DNA from: Octopus sinensis
Lineage: Eukaryota
Assembly (NCBI RefSeq): GCF_006345805.1
Contig: NC_043015.1
Location: forward strand, 50,964,001-51,028,000
Reading direction: 5' to 3'
DNA: 64,000 bases
In this document: piece after piece, positions 1-14,270 of the stretch
Numbering within the stretch: the first letter of the stretch is position 1
How the letters are laid out: every line of letters begins with the position of its first letter
The notes under the pieces: model-generated
The model's database searches: none
Told to the model about the DNA's origin: nothing
The model's input: the letters and a program-made list of their open reading frames with translations, nothing else
Made by a program: the position numbers and the translations under genes

Positions 1-113
1 AGGTTAGAAGCTTAGTCTAAGTAGAATATTTCAGTATTTGTACAGTGGAGAAATAAATTCAAAACACATAATTTTCGTGGGTTTAACAAAAAAAAAAGAT
101 TATCATTATTGAA

Positions 114-1738
114 AGCCCCCTCCTATTTATCATAGTCCTCCAGGCAATAACGGAGGAATTCAAGACAGGATGCCCTTGGGAGCTCCTCTATGCTGATGAC
201 CTTGCTCTAATTGCTGAGTCGCTATCAGAACTGGGAAGTTTCAGGTGTGGAAACAAGGATTAGAATCGAAGGGCCTCAGAGTCAATCTAGCTAAAACCAA
301 AGTCGTAATCAGTAGGAAGGTAGACAAATCACAAACACCTTCAGGTAGATGGCCCTGCTCGATCTGTAGAAAAGGTGTAGGTAGAAACTCTATAAGATGC
401 ACCAAGTGTAAGCTATGGACACATAAGAGATGCAGCAATGTCAAAGGAAGACTAACTAGGAAGATGGTTTTTGTATGTGGCAGATGCTCAGGAACAATAA
501 ACACTGAAAATGCTCTGAGACCAACTTCCGTCATTTCCAGGGAGAAAAACTAGAAATAGTTGATAGTTTCCGTTACCTAGGTGACCAAGTCAGCAGCGGG
601 GGCGGGTGTGTGCTGAAAGTGTAACTGCTAGAGTAAGAATAGCTTGGGCAAAGTTCAGAGAGCTCTTACCTCTGCTGGTGACAAAAGGCCTCTCGCACAG
701 AGTGAAAGGCAGACTGTATGATGCGTGTGTACGAACAGCCATGCTACATGGCAGTGAAACATGGGCCGTGACTGCTGAGGATATGCGTAAGCTCGCTAGA
801 AATGAAGCCAGTATGCTCCGATGGATGTGTAATGCCGGTACTCACACTCGGCAGAGTGTAAGTACCTGAGAGAAAAGCTGGACCTAAGAAGCATCATTGT
901 GGTGTGCAAGAGAGACGTTTGCGCTGGTATGGTCATTGTGGCGAGAATGGATGAAGATAGTTGTGTGAAAAAGTGCCACACCCTAGCGGTTGAGGGAACC
1001 TGTGGAAGAGGCAGACCCAGGAAAACCTGGGACGAGGTGGTGAAGCACGACCTTCGAACTTTAGGTCTCACTGAGGAAATGACTAGAGACCGAGACCTCT
1101 GGAAGTGTGCTGTGCGCGAGAAGACCCAGCAGGACAAGTGAGTCCACAAACCGTGGCCTTCTACATGGGATGGAGCCAGCCTACGTATGCATACCTTCCC
1201 TTCTTGGGACACACAAAGCTCTACTTGTGAAGACGTGTTGAGGCAAGTGAGGATCAGAATCGAAATCGATCAATGGAAATTGCGGATGTGCTACCAGTGC
1301 CGGTGGCATGTCGAAACTCTGCTTGTGAAGACCATTGAGGCAAGTGAGGATCAGAATCGAAATCGATCAATGGAAATTGCAGATGTGTTACCAGTGCCGG
1401 TGGCATGTAAGAGAACTTTCCGTTTCGCGACCGTTGCCAGCACCGCCCCGTTTCGTGTCCGTTGCCAGCCTCGCCTGGCCCTCGTGCCGGTGGCACATAA
1501 AAAGCACCATCCGTTCGTGGCCGTTTGCCAGCTCTGTCTGGCACCAGTGCGGGTGGCACGTAAAAAGCACCCACTACACTCACGGAGTGGTTGGCGTTAG
1601 GAAGGGCATCCAGCCGTAGAAACACTGCCAGATTGACTGGGCCTGATGAAGCCTTCTGGCTTCACAGACCCCAGTAGAACCGTCCAACCCATGCTAGCAT
1701 GGAAAACGGACGCTAAATGATGATGATGATGATGATGA
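114..1738 (+). mobile_element. 5'-truncated RTE-like LINE (frameshifted RT C-terminus, Cys-rich finger, tandem-repeat 3' UTR, (TGA)n tail)
   Basis: LLYADDLAL at ~183-210; GLRVNLAKTK; CxxC...CxxC...HxxC motif; KGRLYDACVRTAMLHGSETW; GRGRPRKTW; ends in tgatgatga. Confidence 0.9.
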
Positions 1739-2260
1739 AGGCAGTGAGCTGGCAGGACCATTAGCACGCTGGGCAAAATGCTTAGCGATATTTTGTTTGA
1801 GGCTATGTTCTGAGTTCAAATTTCGCTGAGGTCGACTTTGCCTTTTATTCTTTCGGGATCGATAAATTAAGTACCAGTTGCCTACTGGGGTCCTCTGGCA
1901 CCTCCCCCAAAATTTTGGGGCTTGTGCCTAAAGTAGAAAAGAATATTTGTACACTGGAGAAATAAAATTCAAAACACATAATTTTTATGGGGTTAAAAAG
2001 AAACAAAAAATATTATTATTATTGTTATTATTATCATTATTGAAGGCGGCGAGCTGGCAGAATCGTTAGCATACCAAGTGAAATTCTTAGCGGTATTTTG
2101 TTTGAGGCTGCGTTCAGAGTTCAAATTCTGCTGAGGTCGACTTCGCCTTTCATCCTTTCGGGGTCGATAAATTAAGTACCAGTCAAGTACTGGGGTCAGT
2201 GTAATCGACTGTCCCCCTCTCCACGAAAATCCAGGCCTTGTGCCGATAGTAGAAAAGATT
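1739..2260 (+). mobile_element. Two copies of SINE family A (ggcggtgagctggcagaa...gagttcaaattc...gcctttcatcctttcggggtcgataaa)
   Basis: Same motif recurs many times (e.g. ~7113, 10170-10395, 12930-13290, 19760, 23590-23995, 31965-32615, 35845-36072, 60923-61157); B-box-like GAGTTCAAAT. Confidence 0.85.
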
Positions 2261-5019
2261 ATTATTATTATTATATTATCATCATCATCATTATTATTAT
2301 TGCTGTTGTTGTTGTTGTTGTACTGATATATGGTTATATTTCTCAAGAATGCTTAAATTCTGAAGATTTCTGTTACAACTTCTGAGACCTTTATTTTCAT
2401 TTTCGACAAAAGAAAGAAAGAAAGAATAATAATGATAATAAAATAGAAAATATTGATGATAATAATAATAATGATAATAATAATAATATTGATAATAATA
2501 ATAATAATAATAATAATATTGATAATAATAATAATAATAATTATAATATTGATAATAATATTAAATAATAATAATGATAATAAAAACAGAGGAAGAAATA
2601 AAGAAAACTCCTCTTTATACAGAAGAATATTTGTGGAGCAAAGAAATGCAAATGAATGTTGTTTTGAAAATAGTGATTCCATTTCTATATCATGTTATTT
2701 CTAATTTTTCCAAGAATTTAGAAATGATTCTTTTCCGATAGAATTTTGTAAACTTGTTCTTTCTTTCTTCGTTCGTTCGTTCTTTCTTTCATTCTTGTCT
2801 TTTATCATTCCCTATTTCATTTATATGTAGATTAAGGACAGAAAATAATGGAAGGATATAAAAGAAAAAGAAAAAAAAAACACCCCACCAAAAGAACAAA
2901 AACAACAGAATTTCTTTCTGCTATTTCTATGGGGAAAAGCTTTTCCATTTCATACAATTTATAAAAGTATATGTTTTCCTCCATGAATATTTAATTGTAA
3001 CAGTCACAACAACAACAACAACAACAATAATAATAATAATACTAAGCAAAGAACACAGTTGAGCTATTATTATTATTATTATTTTTATTATTTTTTTTCT
3101 GTTATTATTCTATAGTTTCCCTTCGTATATATTTATCTGTCGTTTCCACCAAACCATTTCCTCGTAGCTGGGCATTATTCTTACAACGAGTGCACTAGGA
3201 AATGTTGCGAAATTTAAACCGGCTCACCAAATGCGGAATACGATCAATTCTTGTGCCACAGCAAGCTGTCAACGGACCTCTGTGTGTACATGTGTATGCA
3301 TATGTATGTGTATGTATGCGTGTGTGGTGTGTGTGTGTGTATGTGTGTTGTCTTGCAATGGATCTATTGGACCTTGAAGCTGGCAATTAGTTCTAAGCTC
3401 TCCTTTTGTAGAATTTCTTTCGTAGAATTTATGCCGTGGCATGCTTCTTCACCGTTACTTTGCATCGGCGTCATCATCATCATCACCGCCACCACCACAA
3501 CCACCATTATCATCATCATCGTTTCGTTTGGTCACTTGAGATGAATTTAATGAAGTCTGGTTGTTTTCTTTGGGTTTTTTTTTCTATACATATATTATAT
3601 ATATTTTTTTTATTATTCCTTCGACAAGTCTGTCAACAGCAACAATTTAAAAAGCTTCTCCCAGAAAGTATTTCTGTATTTTTCTACAAGGAAAAATAAC
3701 TTGGTGTCATGTTCTCTTCGTGGCTTTTAAATGCACTAATGAACCACCACACTTTGAGTACACCGACACACATGCACATGTATTCAAACACATGCACATC
3801 CACACATATGCATGCATTAACACACACATGCACCTGCGCACACATACATGTATGCGTTCACACATGCATGCATTCACACTCACACACAAATACATGCATT
3901 CACACACATGCGCATTCACACATATGCATGCATTAACACACACATGCACATGCGCACACACACACATGTATGCATTCACACTCACACACAAACACACGCA
4001 TTCACATTTCTATGTGTGTGTTTATGTGTGTTTAGACACACACATATAATATATACCTGCGCATTGATCTAATCAATCTTAGCTGGCCTGCAAAGGCCAT
4101 CAGCATATTCCACTTCCTCCAAACCAATCCGATAGACTACACACGCACACACCACACACACACACACACACATGTATAAAATATAATATATACACATAGA
4201 CATGCATATATGAAATATAACACACATACACACACACGTTTATAGAAGCATACACACACACCCTGCATGCATGTACATACACATTGCATTATTTCTTTGT
4301 TTGTCTTTTGCAATCAAAAGTTACCCAGTAAAATGGATCATTTCTGAGAAAACACTAATTTCTTCCCAAAAAAGGAAAAAAATATTTTAAAAAAAGTTTC
4401 AATTTTTCTGTTTTTTTTAAAAGAAATTTCTTTTTTAAAAACTGAACGTTTATTGCATGGCTGCAATGCTTTCTTTTTTTTTTGTCTGTGCTTTCTTTTT
4501 TTTTGTTTTTTTGTTTTTTTTTTTCTTGTTGATTCTTCTAGAATAGTGACTAGAAATATCAAGGAATAGATGAAACAATTGAATAAGTAAGGTTTCTTCT
4601 TCTTCTCTCCTCCTCCTCCTCCTCCTCCTTCTTCTTCTTCCTCCTCCTCCTCCTCCTCCTCCTCCTTCTTCAGATGTCACAATAACCTTTTGGTATTGTC
4701 GCTTGTTTATTGGAAGATTTCAAATCGGGATCTAATGGTTCAAATGTAGCTTCTGCCTGGTTTGGTTGTGGTTTTTTTTAAAATTTTTTTTCTTGCTTTT
4801 TTTTTTTGTTTAGTTTGTTCTGTTCTGTTTTGGTTTTGTCTGATAATTAACTTGATATCGGAAGTCATTGTAATTATTGGTGATTTTTTTTTAATGATGT
4901 ATTGCTTTGAAACAGGAACATAAACGCTGAACACTTGTGTTCACCACTCATTCAGCCATAAACATTTATTGTTTTAAAAGAAAGAAATAATTAATTGACG
5001 TGTACTGAGTGTGTACACA

Positions 5020-5745
5020 TAACAGAGTGTAAGCACCCTGAGAGAAATGTTGGACACAAGAAGCACCGGATGTGGCGTGCAAGAGAGACGATTGTGCAAG
5101 TATGGTCATGTAATACAGATGGATGAGGAGAGCTTCGTGAAGAAGTGTTGAAGGAATCTGGGGTAGAAGTATATCCAGGAAGACATGGGATGAGGTGGTG
5201 AAGCATGACCTTCGAATGTTGGGCCTCACAGAGGCAATGATGAAAGACCGAGACCTCTGGTGATATGCAGTGACTGAGAAGAACCAGCAAATAAAGTGAG
5301 TTCACAGCTGTAATCTACACCAGTGTCGCATAACCAGCCCGCTCAAAAGTATCTTGGATCATAGGGTGACATGCTGTGCTTGAGTTAAGTAGATCAAAAT
5401 CAAATGGGAATTGTAGTTGTGATCCCCATGCCGGTGGAACGTAAGAATCACCATCCAAACGTGGCTGATGCCAGCGCCGCCTTGACTGGCTTCTGTGCCA
5501 GTGGCATGTAAAAAGCACCAACTGATCATGGTTGTTGCCAGCCTCCTCTGGCTCCTGTGCTGGTGGCACATAAAAAGCACCCACTACACTTTTGGAGTGG
5601 TTGGCGTTAGGAAGGGCATCCAGCTGTAGAAACACTGCTAGATCAGACTGGAGCCTGGTGCAGCCTTCTGGCTTCCCAGACTGCGGTCAAACTGTCCAAC
5701 CCATGCCAGCATGGAAAACGGACATTAAACAATGATGATGATGGT
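5020..5745 (+). mobile_element. Second, more decayed 3' fragment of the same RTE-like LINE
   Basis: Similar to 850-1140 (gaggtggtgaagcatgaccttcga) followed by the same 3' UTR and (TGA)n tail. Confidence 0.8.
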
Positions 5746-6213
5746 GTACATGTGGAAGAATATGGCCTAGTGGTTAGGGTGTTGCACTCACGATTGTGAG
5801 ACCATGGGTTTCAATTCGCAGGTCAGCTTTGTGTTGTGTTCTTGGGAAAAACACTTCATTTCAATCTGCTCCAATTCAGTCATCTTACAAGGGTTACATG
5901 GTGACTCGGGTAAATCCATGTCTGTTAAGTTCACCGTCATCATTTGACTGCAGGGAAAGTTCACCAAAGATAAAAAGTGGAGTAAACAAATCTCTTGGAT
6001 GCCAAATGGTGACTTGATTAAAGTGGTAATGGCTTGTGTGGAACCATTCTCACTTTCTGGTACTTCTGATTGCAGTAGCTGATGTGAGTGTGTGCCTCTA
6101 GACTGAAGAACAGCAAACCTCAACCGAATGGTTGTTGACTCTCATTTGTTCCTCTGCCATTTGATGGCTCTTGCTTTCCCCCCTCTCTGTCTGCCTGTCT
6201 GTCTGTCTGTCTC

Positions 6214-6245
<32 letters not shown>

Positions 6246-6967
6246 AACTCTCACACACACATGTTCCTCCTCTCTATCTCTCTCAGACACACACACATAT
6301 GCAGGCATGGCTGTGTGGTAAGAAGTCAGGTGCTGACATGGCACCTGCTTTGATTTTGAATGAGGTGTAGGTGATGGCAGAGTATGCGGGCACAAGCAAT
6401 GTTGAGGAGGAATAGTGATAAGAGGTTGAAAAGCCTCAGTGTTATTGAAAGTTCCAAGTTTGGAAAGAAAGTTAAGAGGCTTAGCGCCTCATTTTATTAT
6501 TGAATATTGTGAACAGTGTTGAGGTTTGTTGCCTCATGAACAATATACAAGAGATCAATGTTCTCGGGAAAAATCGATCGGCGGGCGTGGTTTTTTCTCC
6601 CATTAATCATCATTTTCATTTTTCATTTCATATAACATTATGTCTACGTCCAGCCCGCAGCTTCCTTTCTCTGTGTAAGGCCTTATGGCCAGTATAATAA
6701 AATAACGAAGTTTGTTTCCCAACCACATGGTTTCAGTCTCGAGGGGTAATTCCATGCCTCGTGGCACTGCTCCCCATGAATCATGGCCTCTTCTTCCCTT
6801 TGTCACTGCTACCAGTCGTAGAGACCATGTAAACAATATCAGGGACACAGTCCATACTATTCTTGTCAAGTCCATAAAGAAAAGAATAATGGGAAAAAAA
6901 AACAAACAAACAAACAGCTTTGCACGAAGATGGCCATCCAACCAGAACTCTTGGGAGAGGGCGTACT

Positions 6968-7399
6968 TTAACCCTTTAGCATTCAGATTCTTCTGTCAAA
7001 TGTAAAATTAATCTTGCATCATTTCATGGCTTTGAGATTTCAATGATGTGATTCTTTATTTTTAAAATGATACAATAAGGTAGCTATGAATGACTATATC
7101 TGACTAGTTTGTAAGCTGGCAGAACTGTTAGCACACCGGGCGAAATGCGTAGCTGTATTTCGTCTGCCGTTACGTTCTGAGTTCAAATTCCGCCGAGGTT
7201 GACTTTGCCTTTCATCCTTTCGGGGTCGATAAATTAAGTACCAGTTATGCACTGGGGTCGATGTAATGACTTAATCCGTTTGTCCCCTCTATGTTTAGCC
7301 CCTTGTGGGTAATATAGAAACATATATCTGACTAGTTTGAACATAAAATAGGTAGAATATTTTGGCCGGATATGGCCGGTTTAAACACTAAAGGGTTAA
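6968..7399. mobile_element. TTAA-flanked piggyBac-like MITE interrupted by a SINE A copy
   Basis: ttaa-ccctttag ... ctaaaggg-ttaa termini; relatives at ~9162-9381 and ~55413-55638. Confidence 0.7.
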
Positions 7400-7412
7400 G
7401 TGTCCTCTAGAA

Positions 7413-7599
7413 CAGTGATCCGCAATTGTTTCCCACTTGTGGTACACTTATATTCTTTTCCTGAATTTGGTGGCAAACCTGAACTAAAACCATAGCTAAA
7501 AGTATAGAGGAAAAAATTATATTCGGGTTACACTGCGGCACAGCTAACATCGTCTTGTGGCACACCAGTGAGCCGCAGCCTACCAGATGCAGAGCTCTG
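7413..7599. mobile_element. Short hAT/Charlie-like MITE
   Basis: CAG...CTG termini; 8-bp target duplication ctctagaa / ctctagga (NTCTAGAN-type). Confidence 0.7.
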
Positions 7600-7906
7600 C
7601 TCTAGGACAATACTGTGTGTGCAACCAGTCGGTATTTAGTCGTGCGGATGCTGAGCGTATTTGGTGAAATGGTACACTGGTACGGGATTTGGATAATTAA
7701 TATTCTCAAAGAATGTTGGAACTAAGAACTTTTACACGAGATATCAACGATACTAAAGAAGTGTTTCGGTTCTCCGGAGAGAAGAAGAACAAAGGAAAGA
7801 AGAAAAGAAAGCATCTTTATTTATTTATTTATTTATGGCAGCAATGGAAATGATATAACTGGAGAAATGATTGTGACAAATCAGTTGGAAATGTGATACC
7901 AAGTCA

Positions 7907-7928
7907 AATAATAATAATGATAATAATA

Positions 7929-7963
<35 letters not shown>

Positions 7964-7993
7964 CATAATGGTAATGATAATATAATAATAATA

Positions 7994-8029
<36 letters not shown>

Positions 8030-8585
8030 GTAATAATGATAATAATAATGGTAATGATAATAGCAGTAATAGCTATAGTAAAAATAATAATGCTAATACT
8101 ACTAATAATAATAATGACAATAAGTAATAGTAACAATAGTTATAATAAAGATAATAACAGTAATAGTGATAATAATGGCAATAGTAACAATAATGCTAAT
8201 AATAATAATGATAGTGATAGTAATAATAATAACTATAATAATAATAATCTTCTCTGTATGGTTTCAATTTTAGTATATGTACTGCTGAAGCTTATAATAA
8301 TAATAATAATAATAATATAAATAGGGATTGTAAGAATAATAATAATGATAGTGATAGTAATGATAATAATAATGATGATGATAGTAATAATAATAACAAC
8401 AATAATAATAATAACAATAATAGTAATAATAATAATAACAATAATAGTAATAATAATAATAACAATAATAGTAATAATAGTAATAATAATAATAATAATA
8501 ACAATAATAGTAATAATAGTAATAATAATAATAATAATAACAATAATAGTAATAATAATAATAATAACAATAATAATAATAATAG
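7907..8585. repeat. Compound (TAA)n microsatellite region
   Basis: Direct inspection. Confidence 0.95.
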
Positions 8586-9598
8586 TTGTAGTATGGTAGA
8601 CAGTTACCAATGTTGTGAGGATTTCTCTTTTTCTTTTTCTGTAATGAGAAATAGAGAATATAATAGAATTTCTTTATTTTCCACATTGTAATTTTTTTCT
8701 AGTAGTGTGGTTTCTACATATTGGATAGAACTGCAAAGTTAAATATGCAACATAAAAATAAGATCACACATGTAACACTGGAGATAATAATGAATGGATA
8801 AGAAGGAAGAAACAGAATTATAGAGTTTAAAGTATGCACAAGGATGTCATAAAAAAAAAAAAAATACAAAAGGAAAAAAGTAGTCGGTGTTGTTGTTTGC
8901 ATTTTTTTTTTTAATATATTTTCTTTGTAGGAACCAAGAATAAAGCTAGAAGCGATTGAATAAAATAAAATGCATAAAAGAACGATGAGAAAAGATTGTG
9001 AGACATTATTTAGGAAAAAAAAAAATGTTTAGACTTGCTTAATAAAGTCACCCCTGATGGCAAGATGATGTCTGAAGATATTCTGTGTATTGAACAAGAG
9101 AATGAGATGTCTTACTTTAGATAACAATTGTAGTATTGTTGCACAACCACAGACACCTGTGTTAACTCATTAGCATCCAAAGCAGTTATATCTGGCCCAA
9201 ATATTCTACCTAGTTTACGTTCAAACCAGCCACGTCTGCATCCTCACATCTGCTCTTGAATATTACTCTGAAAATATACAATCGCATCAGTGTTACAAGA
9301 TAATACATGATTGATTCAAGACAATGTGGAGAATAAATAAGCATCACATTTGACAGAGTAACCTGAATGCTAAAGAGTCAAACTGATAGGCGCAGGAGTG
9401 GCTGTGTGGTAAGTAGCTTGCTTACCAACCACTTGGTTCTTGGTTCAGTCCCACTGTGTGGCATGTAAACATACCGATGCTGGTATGTTTACGTCCCTAT
9501 CCCTAAGTCCTGGGGTCAATTTGCTCTTCTACTATAGCCTTGGGCTAACCAAACCTTGAGTGGATTTGGTAGAGAGAAACTGAAAGAAGCCCGTCGTA

Positions 9599-9640
<42 letters not shown>

Positions 9641-12464
9641 CACAAGATTGGAGCCTGGTGCAGCCATCTGGTTCGCCAGACCTCAGTCAAATCACCCAAC
9701 CCATGCTAGTGTGGAAAACATGTTAAATGATGATTATGTATATGTTTGTGTGTCTGTGTTTGTCCCCCCCCCTCAACATTGCTTGACAACCGATGCTGGT
9801 ATGTTTATGTCCCTATCCCTTAGCAGTTTGGCAAGAGAGACTGATAGAATAAGTACTAGACTTACAAAGAATAAGACCTGGGGTCAATTTGCTCAACTAA
9901 AGGTGGTGCTCCAGCATGGCTGCAGTAAAATGACTGAAACAAATAAAAGAATAAAAGGAAAAGAATAGATGTTAGATACAAAGTGGAAGCTGATGGTTTG
10001 TGGTCTGTCTTTTAGCATTTTGTATTCTACTGTCTAAATTCATTGAACTGTAGATAGGTACCATGAGTAGGTAGAGGTATGCATTCTACCACCAAGCAAC
10101 AGTTGTTAACTCTACTATTAAATATAATTCATATTTTTGAATATGTTAAATATAATTAATTTCTTATTTCTTTATTGCCCACAAGGGGCTAAACATAGAG
10201 GGGACAAACAAGGACAGACAAACGCATTAAGTCGCTTACATCAACCCCAGTGCATAACTGGTACTTAAATTATCAACCCCGAAAGGATGAAAGGCAAAGT
10301 CGACCTTGGTGGAATTTGAACTAAGGTCATAATGGCAGACGAAATATCACTAAGCATTTCGCCTGGCGTGCTAACGATTCTGACAGCTCGTTGCCTTAAT
10401 ATAATTAATTGCTTACGGATCATCTTGTAATAGATAAAGCTATAAATGATAGTCATGGTTATTGCCGGTTCCATGTGAATGGCACCTGTGAAATCGTAAT
10501 TGTGGCCGTTGCTGGAAGCATGATCTTTGAATGTCAGGGCCTCATGGAGGCGATGCTATTCTTGAGAAGACTTGTCAAGCCAAGTGAAATCGTAGTCGTG
10601 GTCATTGCTAGAACCATGTAAATGATAACATGCTAGTGGTATGTAAAAGCACCTAATACACTCTGAGTGGTTGGCATTAGGAAGGGCATCCAGCCATAGA
10701 AAACCATGCCAAATCAGACTGGAACCTGGTGCAGCTCTCTGGTTTACCAGTTTCAGTTAAGTCACCTAACCCATGCCAGCATGGGAACCAGATGATGATG
10801 ATGATGACTATTGGGTTAAAAAACCATTTTGGTAGAAAAAATTGAAAGCTGCCCATGGCATATGAAATCACATCCTCTGTATACATGATAGATGTTCTAC
10901 CATTGGACCACAGTAATCCTTTGTGTTTCTGTATCTCTTTCTCTTTCTAATGATGTAAATAATTATCATTTGTCTTTTACTCGTTTCAATCATTGGACTG
11001 TGGCTATGCTGGGGCACTGCTTTGAAGGGTTTAGTTAAATAAATCTCAGTAATTGTCTTATTTTTCAAAGCCTGATGCTTATTCTATTGGTCTTTCCTGC
11101 CAAACCACCAAGTTATAGGGACGTAAACAAACCAACACTAGTTGTCAAGCAGTGGAGGAGGACAAAGACACACACACATATATATATATCTGTTGGGGTT
11201 AGTAATCATTTGAAGTAACAATGTTCTCTTGATAACAGCCAAGCTTTCGATTCATGTCTTGTACAGAAAGCTTGCAGGATAATTATTTCCTGAAGGGATT
11301 TGGTTATTTTCCATCTCTTGGATTATAAGATTCTTATTAGAATGCTTCCATTACAATAAGCATCACTGGAACTGTTTCCAAACTCAAATTCTATCAATTC
11401 TAGTGTCCTTCAATGCTCCATTATGATTACCTTGGTTACGTCTTGGACACACTTCCATCTGTGTATCAATGTCTTTCTTGCAGTGACTAGACTCATGGCA
11501 TGACCTCTCTCGAGGGTGCTGTGCTAATATAGGACTCACAGAAAAATGTTTATAAGTAATACTTGTTTGGTTTGTTACACAGCATCCCTCAGCAGTTGAG
11601 GGCTAGTGTTAGTGTTTGTATATCTTTTAAGAAATTTTAAACTGGGTGTTTTTAAGAAAATTTGGATTGAGAAGATTATGTTGCTATGAGATATTCATTG
11701 GGGTATTCTAATGTGGCTACTAACCCCAACAAACTTCAACCTTTGTCTGACCTCTGCCATATGACAATGAAGTACTATTATCTGTTATTCTTTTGTGAAC
11801 CCTAAACTAACACAACCTTATATACAAAACTATTTCAACCAACACAAATTGTGACCTGGATTTCTTCTTTGTTTTCATACCTGACTGAATCATAAACAAT
11901 AATGAAACTCCCGTATCAAACCAGAATAACTGTCTCCACTTTTCTCTTTCACAGATATACTTTCATCCTATCCTTTTCCATTTTCCCTCCCCTTTTCCTA
12001 TACAACTACTTCCCCTATCTACCTACACCATAACTATTTCTCATTTACATTATCTTGCCTACCAAATGAGTGCCCTGCCAAAAAACACATAATACTGCAA
12101 AGAATTGGCTTAGCAGCTCAGTAAAAGACAGTTCACCTGGCTGGTAAGCTGAAGCTTTGAAGCCAGTCAACCTTGCCCTTGTGAAAATTATTGTGTGTGT
12201 GTGTGTCTATGTTTGTCCCCACCACTGACTGGATAACCTGTGTTGGTGTGTTTACATCCCTATAGCTTAGTGGTTCAGCATAAGAACTGCTAGAATGAAT
12301 ACCAGCCTTAAAAAAAAGTAGTAGGGTTGATCCATTCGACTAAAAAGTCCTCAAGGCTGTGCCCCAGCATGGCCACAGTCTAATGCCAGAAACAAGTAAA
12401 AGATAAAAAACTATATAAACTATAACTAAACACCATTTATGTAAATTCTATGAATTTGTTTCAG

Positions 12465-12575
12465 GTAAAATCCATTATATTAGCAAGTCTGGTCGCCTAG
12501 AAAAAAGCATTGAGGCCCACAAGGGTGCCATTCTTTGTGGGAGCTGGTCACATAATGGAGAAGATTTTGCTACAG
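12465..12575 (+). CDS. IFT80: IFT80 internal coding exon (111 bp, phase 1-1): (G)KIHYISKSGRLEKSIEAHKGAILCGSWSHNGEDFAT
   Basis: tttcag acceptor, gtgagt donor; translation matches the IFT80 WD40 region as I recall it (vertebrate [23 protein letters not shown]...); joins in frame to the next exon. Confidence 0.93.
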
Positions 12576-13734
12576 GTGAGTGTGTGCTTTGAACTAATCA
12601 GCATTTGGTTATTTATACATTGTCACCATTGTCATCATTATCATCAGCGTCAGTGGCGTTTTCATCATCATCAGTGATCATCACCGTCACCATCATCACC
12701 ATCGTCATCATTAACATCATTGCCATCATCGTCATCATCATCATGATTGTCATTATGATCATCATCATTGTCATAATTTTCATCATCATCGTCATTGTCA
12801 TCATCATCAGTCATCATCACCATCACCAATGTCATTCATCATCATCATCATCGTGATTGTCATTATGATCATCATTGTCATAATTTTCATCTTCATCATC
12901 ATCATTGTCATCATCATCAATATAACTAAGGTAGTGAGCTGGCTGAATCATTAGCTTGATAAACAAAGTGCTCAGCAGCATTCCCTCTGGCCCTTTACAT
13001 TCCTAGCTCAAATCCCACCGAGGTCACCTTTGCCTTCTCATCCTTTCGGGGTCGATAAAATAAGTGACCAGTCAAGTAACAGTCAATGGAATCAACTAAT
13101 CCCCAAGCACCCTAAAATTGCTGGCCTTGTGCTAAAATTTGAAACCATTGCTGAGTTCAAATTCTGCCGAGGTTAACGTTTTCATCTCATCCTTTTGGGG
13201 TCAATAAAATAAGTACCAGTTATGTACTGGAGTTGATGCTATTGACTTGCCCTTTCCCTTAAAATTTCAGGCCTTGTACTTTTAGTAGAAGGGATTATTA
13301 TTGTTTTGTGTTGGGTTGTGCCTTGGGCTGTCCTTGGACAGTTTCAGTACCATCTGAGAAGGGGTTACTAGCCTTTGAATCAACCTTACTCCATTTCTTG
13401 AGCTAGGAACTTCACAATTCTTCTCATGGTGCAGCATCATTGATTCTGAGAGAAAGTGAGAGAGAGAGAGAGAGAGAGAGAAAGAAAGAGAAAGAGAAAG
13501 AGAGAGAAGTGTTTAGTCTGGTTTTGATTGAAACTTTACTCATCACTCATCAACCGAGAAAGGATAAATGACAAAGTTGATCTCAACAAGATTTGAAATC
13601 AGATTGCAGAGAGTTGGCCCAAATACAGCAACATATTCTAAATTACACTTTGGGGACTCTGCTAATTTTCTGCCTTACATTTGACTGAGGACTGGCAAAC
13701 CAGATGGCTGCACCAGGTTCCAATCTTGCGCATA

Positions 13735-14270
13735 CATCATCATCATCATCATCATCATTTAGCGTCCGTTCTCCATGCTAGCATGGGTTGGACGGTTTAA
13801 CTGGGGTCTGTGAAGCCGGAAGGCTTCATCAGGCCCAGTCAGATTTGGCAGTGTTTCTACGGCTGGATGCCCTTCCTAATGCCAACCACTCCACGAGTGT
13901 AGTGGGTGTTTTTTACGTGCTACCTGCACAGGTGCCAGACAGAGCTGGTACAACGGCCACGAACGGATGGTGCTTTTACGTGTCACCGGCACGGGGCCAG
14001 GCGATGCTGGCAACGGACACGAACGGATGGTGCTTTTACGTGCCACCGACACGGGGCCAGACAGAGCTGGCAAACGGCCACGAACGGACGGTGCTTTTAC
14101 GTGCCACCGACACGGGGCCAGACAGAGCTGGCAAACGGCCACGAACGGACGGTGCTTTTATGTGTCACCGGCACGGGGGCCAGCCGAGGCTGGCAACGAA
14201 CATGAACGGATGGTGCTTTTACGTGTCACCGACACGGGGACCAGACAGAGCTGGCAAACGGCCACGAGCA
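13735..14270 (-). mobile_element. RTE-like LINE 3' UTR copy with ~59-bp tandem repeats
   Basis: Reverse complement closely matches 1440-1738; repeated gaacggayggtgcttttacgtg units. Confidence 0.85.

Noticed and set aside
1640-1680. CTGATGA followed by a hairpin in the LINE tail
   Set aside because: Followed by CACA rather than GAAA; other copies read ctggtgcag; not a hammerhead
1-12464. Upstream IFT80 exons or promoter
   Set aside because: No frame matching the IFT80 N-terminus was found by eye; they probably lie before the window
13900-14270. Repeat-spacer appearance resembling a CRISPR array (also 18200-18740 and 31010-31150)
   Set aside because: The 'spacers' resemble each other and belong to the LINE 3' UTR minisatellite; no cas genes; eukaryotic intron
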